Positions 9,846-20,360 are shown, numbered from the stretch's first letter. The stretch: DNA of 64,000 bases from Actinomycetota bacterium (GCA_039805425.1 JBDLUH010000001.1:3749-67748); one strand, 5' to 3'. Translations and numbers: made by a program. Notes: generated from the sequence alone by a model not told the origin.

Positions 9846-10943
9846 TTACTTGTATTCGCCAACCAGGCGAACGGCACCACCGTCAACGCCTTTGGCACCG
9901 TGAACATATGAAGACAAGTCTGCAGGCGCCGCCTCAATTTCACCAAGGGTCCAGGTGTGCACACCAAGCTTGGTTAGCGCTGCAGAAACCTCGTCGGCTT
10001 TGGCCGCATCAACCACAACAGCCTGACCAAGACCAAGGTTCCAAGTTGATTCAACGCTCTCAAGTGAGAACTTGCCCCAGCCTGCTAGAACTTGGAAAAC
10101 TTCCATTGGTGTCCAAGTAGAGCGGTGAATATCAACCGCAACGCCCTGAGGCAAAACTCGCGCAATGTTTGCCGCAATACCACCACCGGTGATGTGGCTC
10201 ATCGCGTGCACTGCGCTACCAAGTTCAGACTCCAAAAGTGAGTTCAATACTCCGGTATAAAGTTTGGTTGGTTCAAGCAGCACTTCACCAAGTGACAGTG
10301 TTCCAAACTCGGCAACATTTTTCTTGTAGTCAAGTTTGCTATCGGCAACAATCTTGCGCACTAGCGAATAACCGTTTGAATGCAGGCCAGATGATTCCAT
10401 TCCAAGAATCACATCACCAACGCGAACGTTTTGTGGGCCAAGTAATTTAGCTGCATCAACAACACCAACTGCTGCTCCGGCTACGTCGTAATCGTCAACA
10501 CCAAGAAGACCAGGGTGTTCTGCGGTCTCGCCGCCAACTAGCGCAACACCAACTGCACTACAAGCCTCAGCAATTCCTCGAACGATATCAGCGATGCGTT
10601 CTGGAACAACTTTTCCGCAGGCAATGTAGTCAGTCATGAACAAACTCTTTGCGCCAACCACAACGATGTCGTCAACAACCATGCCAACTAGATCTTGACC
10701 AATTGTGTCGTGCTTATCAATAGCCTGAGCAATGGCAACTTTGGTGCCAACGCCATCGGTACTGGTGGCAAGCAGTGGGCGATCGTATTTTTTTAGAAAC
10801 GAAACATCCATCATGCCGGCAAAGCCACCAAGGCCGCCCATTACAAGATCGTTGTGGGTTGCGCCAACTGCGCGCTTCATGAGTTCTACGGCTAGGTCGC
10901 CGGCTTCTGTGTCTACGCCAGATGCTGCATAGGCATTAGTCAT
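9846..10943 (-). CDS. purM: Phosphoribosylformylglycinamidine cyclo-ligase (AIR synthetase)
   Basis: YAASGVD, STDGVGTK, GGETAEHPG, SSGLHSNGYS, HITGGG; start placed at ATG 10943 (MTNAY). Confidence 0.96.
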   Translation of the reverse strand: MTNAYAASGVDTEAGDLAVELMKRAVGATHNDLVMGGLGGFAGMMDVSFLKKYDRPLLATSTDGVGTKVAIAQAIDKHDTIGQDLVGMVVDDIVVVGAKSLFMTDYIACGKVVPERIADIVRGIAEACSAVGVALVGGETAEHPGLLGVDDYDVAGAAVGVVDAAKLLGPQNVRVGDVILGMESSGLHSNGYSLVRKIVADSKLDYKKNVAEFGTLSLGEVLLEPTKLYTGVLNSLLESELGSAVHAMSHITGGGIAANIARVLPQGVAVDIHRSTWTPMEVFQVLAGWGKFSLESVESTWNLGLGQAVVVDAAKADEVSAALTKLGVHTWTLGEIEAAPADLSSYVHGAKGVDGGAVRLVGEYK

Positions 10944-12444
10944 GCTGGTGAACGCTCTCTCCTTGGATTGTGGCAACGCCCTTTTCCAACAGGTTCTTGC
11001 CAAGGCGGTCGGCCATTGGCAAATCAATTGGATACTTACCGGTGAAGCAAGCGGTGCATAGCTCGCGCTCTTGCTGGCCGGTAGCCGCAACCATGCCGTC
11101 TTTGGTTAGGTAGCCTAGCGAGTCGGCACCAATAGAGGTACGAACATCTTCAACACCAATGCCTGTGGCAATCAACTCGGCACGAGTTGCAAAGTCAATT
11201 CCGTAGAAGCATGGCCAGGTAATAGGTGGGCTAGAAATTCGCACGTGAATTTCAGCAGCACCGGCTTCGCGAAGCATTTGCACCAAAGCGCGCTGGGTGT
11301 TTCCGCGAACGATTGAGTCATCAATAACAATGATTCGTTTGCCGGCAATAACTTCTTTTAGTGGGTTCAACTTTAAGCGAATACCGCGTTGGCGAATAGT
11401 TTGTGATGGTTGAATAAATGTGCGGCCAACATATGAGTTTTTTACCAGTCCGTGACCAAAAGGAATTCCTGATTCCTGCGAGTAACCAATTGCCGCCGGC
11501 GTTCCAGATTCTGGAGTTGGAATAACTAGATCTGCTTCTACCGGATACTCACGTGCAAGTGTGCGACCCATTTCAACGCGAGCGTCATAAACATTCTTGC
11601 CATTAATTGAGGTATCTGGGCGTGCAAGGTAAACGTATTCAAATACGCAACCTGCGCGTTTTACTTCGGCAAAGCGGGTTGAACGTAATCCGTTTTCGTC
11701 AATTGCAATTAGCTCACCAGGTTCAACCTCGCGTACAAAACTTGCACCAACAATATCCAGCGCTGCAGTTTCTGAAGCAACCACCCAACCGCGCTCTAAA
11801 CGACCAAGCACCAACGGGCGCACACCTTGCGGATCACGCGCTGCGTAAAGAGTGTTTTCATCCATGAAGACCAAACAAAACGCGCCCTTAACCTTCGGAA
11901 GAAGTTCAAGAGCGGTTGCTTCAAGTGTGTGATCAAGATCGCCGGCCATCAGTGCAGTTAGAACCGCAGTGTCAGTAGTGTTTCCACCGGTGATTTCATT
12001 GGTTCCCTGATCTGGGTAACGCTCTTTGAGCATGTCCAAAAGATCTGCTGTGTTTGTCAGGTTTCCGTTGTGCGCAAGGGCAATGGTGCCGGCCGAAGTT
12101 CGGCCAAGTGTTGGTTGGGCATTTCGCCAATGCGATGCGCCGGTTGTCGAGTATCGGTTGTGACCAACTGCAATGTGACCAACTAGAGATTCAAGAGCAG
12201 ATTCAGAAAAAACCTGCGAGACCAAACCCATGTCTTTATAAACCAAAATCTTTTTGCCATCAGAGGTGGCGATACCGGCAGATTCTTGACCGCGGTGCTG
12301 CAGTGAATAAAGACCAAAGAAGGTTAGCTTGGCTACTTCTTCACCTGGTGCCCATACGCCGAATACGCCACATTGGTCTTGCGGTGCTTTGTCGTCATTG
12401 CTAACTGCAATATCGAGATTCAGGTTTCCATCGCCACGAAGCAA
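10936..12444 (-). CDS. purF: Amidophosphoribosyltransferase
   Basis: Propeptide then CGVFG, LQHRGQESAG, HNGNL, PRPP loop VIDDSIVRGNT, CTACF. Confidence 0.97.
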   Translation of the reverse strand: MLRGDGNLNLDIAVSNDDKAPQDQCGVFGVWAPGEEVAKLTFFGLYSLQHRGQESAGIATSDGKKILVYKDMGLVSQVFSESALESLVGHIAVGHNRYSTTGASHWRNAQPTLGRTSAGTIALAHNGNLTNTADLLDMLKERYPDQGTNEITGGNTTDTAVLTALMAGDLDHTLEATALELLPKVKGAFCLVFMDENTLYAARDPQGVRPLVLGRLERGWVVASETAALDIVGASFVREVEPGELIAIDENGLRSTRFAEVKRAGCVFEYVYLARPDTSINGKNVYDARVEMGRTLAREYPVEADLVIPTPESGTPAAIGYSQESGIPFGHGLVKNSYVGRTFIQPSQTIRQRGIRLKLNPLKEVIAGKRIIVIDDSIVRGNTQRALVQMLREAGAAEIHVRISSPPITWPCFYGIDFATRAELIATGIGVEDVRTSIGADSLGYLTKDGMVAATGQQERELCTACFTGKYPIDLPMADRLGKNLLEKGVATIQGESVHQHD

Positions 12445-12471
12445 GGTGAATCCTTTGGGTAGTGGTGGGCT

Positions 12472-12750
12472 TTACTGCTTCAGTTTAGTGGCTTCAAGGG
12501 TCTTGGCTTTGGCCACCCCAATCCAGTCAACAATCACCGCAGCAACAATTCCAGCTACTACTCCAAGGCCGGCGCCGTAGGCAATTAGGTAGGTAATTAC
12601 TGGCTCGGCGGTGCGCTGTTCGGCTGGAATGCTTAGCCCCAGGCCGGCACCAATAATCACACCGATAACCCCGCCGGTAATTATGAATGGCAGAAATTTT
12701 GGTGAACGGCGAATAGTGACCTGTTCGGTCTTGATTATAGATTTAGCCAA
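12472..12750 (-). CDS. Small two-TM membrane protein upstream of purF
   Basis: RRSPKF followed by two hydrophobic helices. Confidence 0.7.
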   Translation of the reverse strand: MAKSIIKTEQVTIRRSPKFLPFIITGGVIGVIIGAGLGLSIPAEQRTAEPVITYLIAYGAGLGVVAGIVAAVIVDWIGVAKAKTLEATKLKQ

Positions 12751-12754
12751 TTGT

Positions 12755-13843
12755 CTAATTACCTTTCAACCTAGCTTTGATTCTTCTTAACACTTCAACC
12801 AGCACAGTTTTCCAGCGCATTTTGCGAATAATTTTTTGATCTAAAGCCAAGATCATGTCGGCAACTGATTCAACATCTATAAGACCAATTTTTGGGTTTT
12901 CCCCCGAAGGAACTTTGGTTGATGAAAGAGTATCCAAATCCCCAATTACCCGTACACCGCTTGATTTAATTTGCTCAATGCTTTCTGCGGTTAATTTTGC
13001 AGCTAAGTCAATGGCCCACTGCGGGGTTTGAAGTTTTTCACTTCCTTCAGGGGCTTTTTTATCTGTTAGAGCTTTGATAGCTGTTTGACGTACAAAGATT
13101 GTGTAGTCATCCCATGCCCGGTCTTTTGGGTACTTCAAGTTAATAAGCTGCAAAAGTTCAACTTCGCTTGCGGTTAGTGAGCGGTTTCCGCCGCTTGCCT
13201 GCTCTACGAGGCGCCCTTCTGGAAGACCCAGGTAATCATTAAATTGGCTATAAAGCGCCTGCGGGTTCTTTTCATCCACAACCATAACAATCACGTTTTG
13301 GGTTCCAAATACGTCGGCCCAATTTTGAATGGATTGTCCGTGAAAATTTCTCTGCCAAAAAGAGGGAGTTTGTTTTGATTTTCCTGGCTCATCTAGCATG
13401 GCATGCAACCACTGTTCGTAAGTTGCCTTGATTCCATACTTCAAGTACTGCTGATATGAAGAAGCCAACATTTTTGCCAATGGCCGAATGGTGAAAACTA
13501 TTTGCACTTGATCTGTGGTTATGTCATCGCGAATCTTTTTAATTTTTTCAAGATTCAATTCGCTAAAGAACTCGGAACTTGCAACTACAGTTCCCTTAGT
13601 TTTATTGACTTTTTTTGCAAATCTGTTCCATTTGCTAATTGGAGTCTCTTTACCACCACGGTTTTTCCAGCCCCAAACCTTAGCGTTCAATCCCCATGCC
13701 GCCTCGTGCTCGGCACGGGCGCGGTTGTAGTGGTACGTTATGCCGTGCTCTAGTAGAGAATCGCGCTGATGGTGCAAACTCGTTTGAATTGCAGTCGTTC
13801 CGGTCTTGTGAAAACCAACGTGCAAAATAAATTTTTCAGCCAT
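12755..13843 (-). CDS. Putative sulfotransferase (PAPS-binding fold)
   Basis: 5'-PSB-like loop LHVGFHKTGTTAIQ, SSEFF, IRP...SSYQQ; translationally coupled to cysD-cysNC-tauE. Confidence 0.72.
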   Translation of the reverse strand: MAEKFILHVGFHKTGTTAIQTSLHHQRDSLLEHGITYHYNRARAEHEAAWGLNAKVWGWKNRGGKETPISKWNRFAKKVNKTKGTVVASSEFFSELNLEKIKKIRDDITTDQVQIVFTIRPLAKMLASSYQQYLKYGIKATYEQWLHAMLDEPGKSKQTPSFWQRNFHGQSIQNWADVFGTQNVIVMVVDEKNPQALYSQFNDYLGLPEGRLVEQASGGNRSLTASEVELLQLINLKYPKDRAWDDYTIFVRQTAIKALTDKKAPEGSEKLQTPQWAIDLAAKLTAESIEQIKSSGVRVIGDLDTLSSTKVPSGENPKIGLIDVESVADMILALDQKIIRKMRWKTVLVEVLRRIKARLKGN

Positions 13844-14598
13844 TAAAAACCAATCAATCTTGAGCCGTTCAAGACAATGATGGCAACTGCAATAATTATG
13901 CCTAGTCTGCGGTGCTGCACCTTGGAAACGAATCTTGCGGCAATCGGTGCCATTAGTGCACCACCAAGGGCCAAGCCACCCACTACACCCCAGTTGATGT
14001 CAAGCTTGTGAATGTTAATAAGGAAACCCGCACTGGCACAAACAGCAACAATAAACTCTGCAGCGCTAACCGTGCCAATGATCTTGCGAGGTGAGGTTGC
14101 TGTGGTTGCCATCAAAGTAGGTGTAACCACCGGGCCCCAGCCGCCGCCGCCAGAGGCATCAATGAAACCGCCAATACCACCAAGAAACCTTAGGTAAGTG
14201 GGGTTGGTGATTTCTGTCATGGCCACTTGGCTCTCGGCCTTAAAAATCTGGCGATACAGCAAAGCAAAACCAAGTAGCAGCAGCAGGGTGCTTACAAAGA
14301 TCTTGCCATTTGAAAGGTCAATGTTTGAAAGAAAGGTTGCGCCGGCAAATGCACCAATGCCGCCAGGAATAGCAATTTGCTTCAGAATGTGCGGGTCAAT
14401 GTTTTCGCGGTGCCAGTGAGAAACACCAGAAACCAGGGTTGTACCAATTTCAGCTGCATGTACCGCAGCCGAGGCAACCGCGGCTGAGGTACCAAGGGTT
14501 ACCAGAAGCGTTGCACTGGTAAGGCCAAAACCCATACCCAGGGTGCCATCCACCAGTTGAGCTACGCCACCGGCTAAGGCAAACCAAATCCAGTTCAC
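13843..14598 (-). CDS. Sulfite exporter TauE/SafE family protein
   Basis: AQLVDGTLGMGFG and DASGGGGWGP motifs; multiple TM helices. Confidence 0.88.
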   Translation of the reverse strand: MNWIWFALAGGVAQLVDGTLGMGFGLTSATLLVTLGTSAAVASAAVHAAEIGTTLVSGVSHWHRENIDPHILKQIAIPGGIGAFAGATFLSNIDLSNGKIFVSTLLLLLGFALLYRQIFKAESQVAMTEITNPTYLRFLGGIGGFIDASGGGGWGPVVTPTLMATTATSPRKIIGTVSAAEFIVAVCASAGFLINIHKLDINWGVVGGLALGGALMAPIAARFVSKVQHRRLGIIIAVAIIVLNGSRLIGF

Positions 14599-16430
14599 AA
14601 AAGCTCCTCAAGCAAGCGCTTTACGTTCACTTCTACAGACTCAGTGCCGTCTAGTACCAGAGCGTCGCCGGTTGGAGGTTCGTACTCTTGGCCAACACCG
14701 GTTAGGTTTGGCAAATCACCGGCGGCCGCCTTCTTGTATAGCCCCTTAGGGTCACGCTCGGCACATACTTCTGCTGAGGTCTTTACCCAAACTTCTAAGA
14801 ACTGATCTTGGCCAATTACAGCGCGAGCCTGATCGCGGTCTTGAGCAAATGGTGAAACCAAAGCAACTACAACTACCAATCCGGCGTCTGCCATTAGCTT
14901 TGCAACCTCAGATACGCGGCGCACGTTTTCTGCGCGATCTTCGCGAGTGAAACCAAGATCTTTATTGAGCCCAAGTCTTAGGTTGTCGCCGTCAAGAATG
15001 TAGCTGTGCATGCCAGATGCAAACATTTGCTTTTCAAGCGCGTTGGCAATTGTTGATTTACCAGAGCCAGACAAACCGGTTAGCCAAATTACCTTTGGCT
15101 TTTGGCTCTTTTGTGTTGCACGAGCAGTCTGATCAATTTCAAAGTTGTGCTTAGTGATGTTGGTTGCACGGCGCATTGCGTGCTTAACCATTCCAGCACC
15201 AACTGTTTTCAAAGTTGCACGGTCAACCAAAATAAAGTTTCCGGTATCGCGACTTTCTGCGTAACTGGTTAGAACCATTGGTGCATCAGTAGCAATTTCT
15301 ACGTGACCAATTTCGTTCATCTGCAATTTAGTTGCAGCATCAAGTTCGCCGTTATTTACATTTAGCTTGTCTTTTACAACAGTCACGATTGCCGGCACCT
15401 GAGTGGAACCAGAAATCAAAAGATAAGAGCGGCTGTGAACTAGTTCTTCTTCGGCCAGCCAAACCAGCGTTGCAGCAAATCTGTCTGCCGGTTCGGTGAA
15501 TGCGGCTGCCAATTCAATTGAGTCACCGCGAGTTGCATCAACCTCTGGTTCAAGAACCAAAGTTACGGCGCTTGATTCGGTGGCAGTTTTGATTTCACCA
15601 TCAAAGGTGTGAATCGCAGAAATTTTTGCTGGGCGCTTGCTTGGCATAACCAAAACTTCATCGCCAACATTAAAGTCACCATTAACTACAGTTCCAGAAA
15701 GGCCTCTAAAGTTTTCTGCGCGTGAAATTAATTGAATACCTAGATGGGGGCGGTTTTCTGATCGGGCTGGCTTGTCCCAAGTTTGAATGTAATCAAGCAA
15801 GGTTGGGCCGGTGTACCAGTCAATGTTTTCGCTGCGGTGCACCACGTTATCGCCCTCAAGCGCACTAACCGGAATGGCTTGGTAGTCAGTAATTTCAAGG
15901 CGTGCAGCCACATCGGCTAGCTCTTTAACTATTGATTCGTAAACCTCTTGGCTGTAACCAACCGCATCAAGCTTGTTCACTACAACGGCTACGCGCTCAA
16001 CTTTCATGAGCGAGCAAATTGTTAGGTGACGCAAAGTTTGAGTTCTAATTCCGCGTGCTGCATCAACCAAAACCAACGCAACGTCAGAGCGTGAAGCAGC
16101 AACGGCCATGTTTCGTGTGTACTGCTCGTGACCTGGTGCGTCGGCAATAATCAAACGACGTCCGTTAAGCAAAGACATTGAACGGTATGCCACATCAATT
16201 GTGATTCCCTGTTCACGCTCTGCTTCAAGCCCATCGGTCAACAAACTGAAATCAATTTCGCCAGCTTTAATGGTTGAACCACTTCGGCGAACAGTTTTTG
16301 CAGTTGCCACGGTGTCGTGAGGAACGCTGTCTGTTTCTACAAGCAGTCTGCCGATAAGTGTGCTCTTGCCATCGTCCACAGAGCCACAGGTAAGCAGGCG
16401 AATTACTGGTTTTCTCATTTCATCAGTCAT
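14595..16430 (-). CDS. cysNC: Bifunctional sulfate adenylyltransferase subunit 1 / adenylylsulfate kinase
   Basis: GTPase motifs GSVDDGKST, DAPGHEQYTRNM, NKLD; C-terminal APS kinase WLTGLSGSGKST, LDGDNLR, RDPKGLY. Confidence 0.95.
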   Translation of the reverse strand: MTDEMRKPVIRLLTCGSVDDGKSTLIGRLLVETDSVPHDTVATAKTVRRSGSTIKAGEIDFSLLTDGLEAEREQGITIDVAYRSMSLLNGRRLIIADAPGHEQYTRNMAVAASRSDVALVLVDAARGIRTQTLRHLTICSLMKVERVAVVVNKLDAVGYSQEVYESIVKELADVAARLEITDYQAIPVSALEGDNVVHRSENIDWYTGPTLLDYIQTWDKPARSENRPHLGIQLISRAENFRGLSGTVVNGDFNVGDEVLVMPSKRPAKISAIHTFDGEIKTATESSAVTLVLEPEVDATRGDSIELAAAFTEPADRFAATLVWLAEEELVHSRSYLLISGSTQVPAIVTVVKDKLNVNNGELDAATKLQMNEIGHVEIATDAPMVLTSYAESRDTGNFILVDRATLKTVGAGMVKHAMRRATNITKHNFEIDQTARATQKSQKPKVIWLTGLSGSGKSTIANALEKQMFASGMHSYILDGDNLRLGLNKDLGFTREDRAENVRRVSEVAKLMADAGLVVVVALVSPFAQDRDQARAVIGQDQFLEVWVKTSAEVCAERDPKGLYKKAAAGDLPNLTGVGQEYEPPTGDALVLDGTESVEVNVKRLLEELL

Positions 16431-17335
16431 TAGAAGTAGCCCTCGGTCTTCTTCTTTTCCATAGAGTCTTCTTTATCGCCATCAATCAAACGCGTAGCAC
16501 GTTCACTAAGCTTCACGTTCATAACTTCGTCAACGACTTCGTCAATTGTTTTTGCCGAAGACTCAACCGCTGCGGTTAGCGGGTAGCAACCAAGAGTTCT
16601 AAACCTGATTTCGCGCATCTCTGGTTGTTCACCATTGATCAGCTGGAATCTTTCGTCGTCAACCATAATCAACTGATCGCCGCGCTTTACCACTGGGCGC
16701 TCTTTGGCATAGTACAAAGAATTAATTTCAATGTTTTCAAGTTTGATGTATTCCCAAATGTCCAGTTCGGTCCAGTCAGACAGTGGGAACACTCGCATGG
16801 TTTGGCCCGGTGCAAGTCTTGGGTTGTAGGTGCGCCAAAGTTCTGGGCGCTGTGCTCGCGGGTCCCATCGGTGTCCTGGTTCTCGCACACTCATGATGCG
16901 CTCTTTAGCGCGGCTTCGTTCTTCGTCGCGGCGAGAGCCACCAATTGCTGCATCAAACTGGTGCTCGTCTAGAGCCTGACGAAGCGCAACGGTTTTCATA
17001 ACGCGGGTGTATTCCGATGCGCCGCTATCAAAAGGGTTCACGTTGTCGGCAACGCCATCTGGGTTGGTGTGCTTAATCAGGTTCAAACCAAAATCGGCAA
17101 CTACCTTGTCGCGAAAATCAATCATTTCGCGGAACTTCCAGGTGGTGTCTACGTGAAGAAGCGGAAACGGCACTGGGGCTGGGTAAAAAGCTTTGCGAGC
17201 CAGGTGAAGCAACACCGATGAATCCTTGCCGATTGAATACATAAGTACCGGCTTGCGGAACGAAGCGGCTGCCTCGCGCAGGATTTCAATGGACTCGGCC
17301 TCAAGGGCTCGCAGGATTGCTTCAGAACTCTTCAC
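16430..17335 (-). CDS. cysD: Sulfate adenylyltransferase subunit 2
   Basis: [32 protein letters not shown]-terminal EGYF. Confidence 0.96.
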   Translation of the reverse strand: MKSSEAILRALEAESIEILREAAASFRKPVLMYSIGKDSSVLLHLARKAFYPAPVPFPLLHVDTTWKFREMIDFRDKVVADFGLNLIKHTNPDGVADNVNPFDSGASEYTRVMKTVALRQALDEHQFDAAIGGSRRDEERSRAKERIMSVREPGHRWDPRAQRPELWRTYNPRLAPGQTMRVFPLSDWTELDIWEYIKLENIEINSLYYAKERPVVKRGDQLIMVDDERFQLINGEQPEMREIRFRTLGCYPLTAAVESSAKTIDEVVDEVMNVKLSERATRLIDGDKEDSMEKKKTEGYF

Positions 17336-17409
17336 TGATTAAGAGTAATCTCTGAACCTCAAGCCTTGGCCCAGTGAATCCTGTGAATACCTAGGCGAAC
17401 CCCTCGAAT

Positions 17410-17772
17410 CTAAATAAGAGGTAAAACTTGGGCTAAATCGGCCCTGGTTCCAGAGGCTTGAACCTTTGCTTCGGCGAGCGCCTGCGACCAGCTCGATCCG
17501 CCGGTTGCCAACGCAAACCACACATCGGGGCTCATTTCCACGGTATTTGGCGGAGTTCCGCGGGTGTGCCTAGGTCCCTCAATGCACTGGGTTGCCCCAT
17601 AAGGAGGTACCCGCACTTCCACGCTGTTGCCGGGGGCGCGCTCAGCCAACTCCTCTAATAGGTATCGGCAGGCGGTGGCTAGCTGGTTCTCATCGGCAGC
17701 TTCCAACCCCGATACCCTGACGGCAGCAACCGCTGCCCGCCCATCGGCGTCTTTGATTCTGCGTCTAGCCAT
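17410..17772 (-). CDS. Actinobacterial sterol-carrier (SCP_3) family protein
   Basis: APGNSVEVRVPPYGATQCIEGPRHTRGTPPNTVE motif; usually found near purF. Confidence 0.85.
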   Translation of the reverse strand: MARRRIKDADGRAAVAAVRVSGLEAADENQLATACRYLLEELAERAPGNSVEVRVPPYGATQCIEGPRHTRGTPPNTVEMSPDVWFALATGGSSWSQALAEAKVQASGTRADLAQVLPLI

Positions 17773-17776
17773 AGAT

Positions 17777-18583
17777 CTATTGTGCTGCAGCTACTACTCG
17801 ACCAACAGCTTCGGCGATATCCAGTGCAACAACTGTTGAGTCTTGAGCGGCAAAAGCAGCGGCTTGGGCCTGCAAACTGATTGCTGCCTTCACCACTTCA
17901 AAGAGATCGGCATCGCCAGAAAGAATGCTCTGGGCATTAGCCGCCAACAATGCACCCAAAATTCCCGCAAGTACATCCCCGCTACCTGCAGTAGCAAGCA
18001 CAGCGGGGGCCGGATCAAATTGGTAGTGCTTGGTACCATTTGCAGACACTTGGGCAATGACTGTGCGATTACCCTTCAGCACTGTGAGCTGATTGGTGAT
18101 GCTTGATATAAGTAGTGCAAATTTGATTGGATCTGTCTCAATCTCGGCACGGGTAGCAACATGACCAAGTGAATTCAAAAGGGCTGCTGCTTCACCGGCA
18201 TGAGGGGTAAGAACGCAGGTTGCCGAACAGTTCTTGAAATCAACAATCTGCAGTGCCCCCGCATCAACAACTAGAAGAGTTTTCTCACCGGCAAGTTTGC
18301 GAATACGCTCTGCCTGTTCGGCATCATCAATAGGAACACCAGAACCTACAACCCAGGCTTGCGCGCGACCATCTTGCAAAACAGTTTCTGGGCGTGCAAG
18401 TAAAACTAAATCAGCAACGCGCTTAGGGCCCAGATAGCGAACCATGCCAATACCGGTGCGCATTGCAGCGGTGATGCCAAGCAGAGCAGCTCCGGGATAC
18501 TGGTTGCCTGAGGTTATGAAACCCACTACACCGCGCGAATACTTATCATCAGCTGCATTGGGCTTTCTGATGAATTCGCTCAT
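17777..18583 (-). CDS. nnrD: ADP-dependent NAD(P)H-hydrate dehydratase
   Basis: DDKYSRG, YPGAA, VDAGAL, LTPHAGEA, LATAGSGDVLAG. Confidence 0.88.
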   Translation of the reverse strand: MSEFIRKPNAADDKYSRGVVGFITSGNQYPGAALLGITAAMRTGIGMVRYLGPKRVADLVLLARPETVLQDGRAQAWVVGSGVPIDDAEQAERIRKLAGEKTLLVVDAGALQIVDFKNCSATCVLTPHAGEAAALLNSLGHVATRAEIETDPIKFALLISSITNQLTVLKGNRTVIAQVSANGTKHYQFDPAPAVLATAGSGDVLAGILGALLAANAQSILSGDADLFEVVKAAISLQAQAAAFAAQDSTVVALDIAEAVGRVVAAAQ

Positions 18584-18614
18584 AGAGCAATTGTGCCAGT
18601 AACTATTTAGGTAA

Positions 18615-19673
18615 TTACTTGCGCTGCAGCATCGAAATATCGGTGCCCTTCATTTCCAACTTCTCACAAGTGCCATAGAACATAGCCATTTTGTTTTGAC
18701 CATTGTTTTCTGTATCAATGCAAACAGGCACTTCGATAAAGCCTTCCACAGTTCCCGGTTCACCCTGTGGGCCTTGTGAACCGGTGTCACCCTTGTCACC
18801 CTTTGGGCCGGCAGGACCAACCGTGCCTGTAGCCGCGGTGTTCTGGGTTGTGCCGTCTTTAAACTTCAAACCCTGAGCTTGCAGTTCCACATATTCTGCG
18901 AACGTGTTATCGCCCAAGGTAATTGGTGAATTAGTAAGTATTGAAGTTAAGCCCGTTGCCGTTAGGCGCATGTTGCCAATTCGAAGTGAGTCGGCACCGT
19001 CAAGAAGAAGCGCGCCGCTCTTAACTGTTAGACCAACCTGAGTTGGAGGAGTTACCTCTGAATCTTGAATCCACAAAGTTCCAGGACCAAGCTGCAGCGA
19101 CTTCCAACGCTTTTCTAGTGTTCCAAGGTTGTAGGTGTTGTCTATTGCTGGAACAAGATCACCATTCACACTAAGAATGTTTGAGAGGTCGCAAATTCCG
19201 GCTGGTCCCTGTGCGCCAGTTGCCCCTGTAGCGCCAGTTGCTCCAGTAGCACCGGTGTCACCCTTTTCGCCCGATGCTCCGGAAGCACCAGTCGCACCAT
19301 CACTACCGCTGGTTCCAGCAGAACCCGATGAACCGGTTGCACCTTTAGAACCAGTAGCCCCGGTTGCACCTTTTATAGGTGAAGCAGAAGGGTCTGCAGA
19401 AACCGTAATGGTTGGCGCTGGCTGCGCAGATGATGATTCGCTAGTTTGCGGGGTTGGCTTTTCTACGGGCACGGTGTTCTCAGTGTCTGCAACCGCTTCA
19501 GATGTAGCTGCAGGTACAGGACACAAACCAACTGATTGCAGGGCACTGGCAAGGGTTGTAGTTCGGCCAACGTAGGCATCGGCAATTGCAAATGCGGCAC
19601 TAAAGATTGAAAGCGCCAGAGCGCTAAGCGCAATTAAGGTTGTGTATTTTGAATTGCGTAAAAACTTGAACAC
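18615..19673 (-). CDS. Collagen-like (Gly-X-Y repeat) surface protein
   Basis: N-terminal hydrophobic segment, P/S/T-rich linker, two Gly-X-Y runs (GATGATGSKG..., GPAGPKGDKGDTG). Confidence 0.85.
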   Translation of the reverse strand: MFKFLRNSKYTTLIALSALALSIFSAAFAIADAYVGRTTTLASALQSVGLCPVPAATSEAVADTENTVPVEKPTPQTSESSSAQPAPTITVSADPSASPIKGATGATGSKGATGSSGSAGTSGSDGATGASGASGEKGDTGATGATGATGATGAQGPAGICDLSNILSVNGDLVPAIDNTYNLGTLEKRWKSLQLGPGTLWIQDSEVTPPTQVGLTVKSGALLLDGADSLRIGNMRLTATGLTSILTNSPITLGDNTFAEYVELQAQGLKFKDGTTQNTAATGTVGPAGPKGDKGDTGSQGPQGEPGTVEGFIEVPVCIDTENNGQNKMAMFYGTCEKLEMKGTDISMLQRK

Positions 19674-19757
19674 TGTTCCCCCGATGATTGTGTCGCAACC
19701 TTAAGGTTACGTTGCATCAGCGAATGAGCGGGGACTTTAGTCCGGCCTAACTACTAA

Positions 19758-20306
19758 TTATTTATCTTGCAAAATTTTGATCATTGAAAGTTCAACAGTC
19801 TGAACCTGCAGAATGCCTGTCACCAATTTTTTAAGCTCAGCATTTTCTGTGCTTTGAAAGCTGGTCGCCATAGCTAGAGCGCCTTTGTGATGTGCAGCCA
19901 TGCCTTCAAGGAACAACTTGTCGAAATCAGCGCCTTTGGCTTCATTTAGTGCAGTCATTTCAGCATCGGTCAACATGCCATCGCTCATCATGCCTTCAGT
20001 CGGCTCGGCGCCGCCAAGCCATGCCTTCATGGTTTCAACCTCGGCTGCCTGACCGGTGTAAATCTGCTGCGCAAGAGCCAAGACCTGAGGATCTTTGGCG
20101 TTCTCTTTGGCATAGGCCGCCATGGTGATGGCCTGCATGTGGTGTGGAATCATCATTTGGGCAAAACCGGCAGTCTCGGTGATCTTCGATTCCATGTGGC
20201 TTCCGGCATCGTGGCTGGTATCGGTGCTTGTAGCGCAACCAGTCAGCGCAAGCGAAAGAGTAAGAATGGCTGCAGCCAGTGCTGCCTTGGGCGAGGTCTT
20301 GTTCAT
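19758..20306 (-). CDS. DUF305 (CopM-like, ferritin-like) lipoprotein
   Basis: Lipobox LTGC; FAQMMIPHHMQAITMA and FLEGMAAHHKGALAMA repeats; start placed at MNKTS. Confidence 0.88.
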   Translation of the reverse strand: MNKTSPKAALAAAILTLSLALTGCATSTDTSHDAGSHMESKITETAGFAQMMIPHHMQAITMAAYAKENAKDPQVLALAQQIYTGQAAEVETMKAWLGGAEPTEGMMSDGMLTDAEMTALNEAKGADFDKLFLEGMAAHHKGALAMATSFQSTENAELKKLVTGILQVQTVELSMIKILQDK

Positions 20307-20360
20307 CAGGCCAGAATAAACGAAAAATGCTGCGAATTCCCTGCCAGTAACATTGACACT

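Noticed and set aside
17339-17521. 60-aa ORF upstream of cysD as a possible leader peptide
   Set aside because: Overlaps the SCP_3 gene in another frame, has no Cys run and no attenuator structure.
19135-19575. Antisense ORFs with APVAPV repeats (also 22543-22881, 23119-23508, 33495-33734)
   Set aside because: Shadow frames of collagen and Pro/Thr-rich coding regions.
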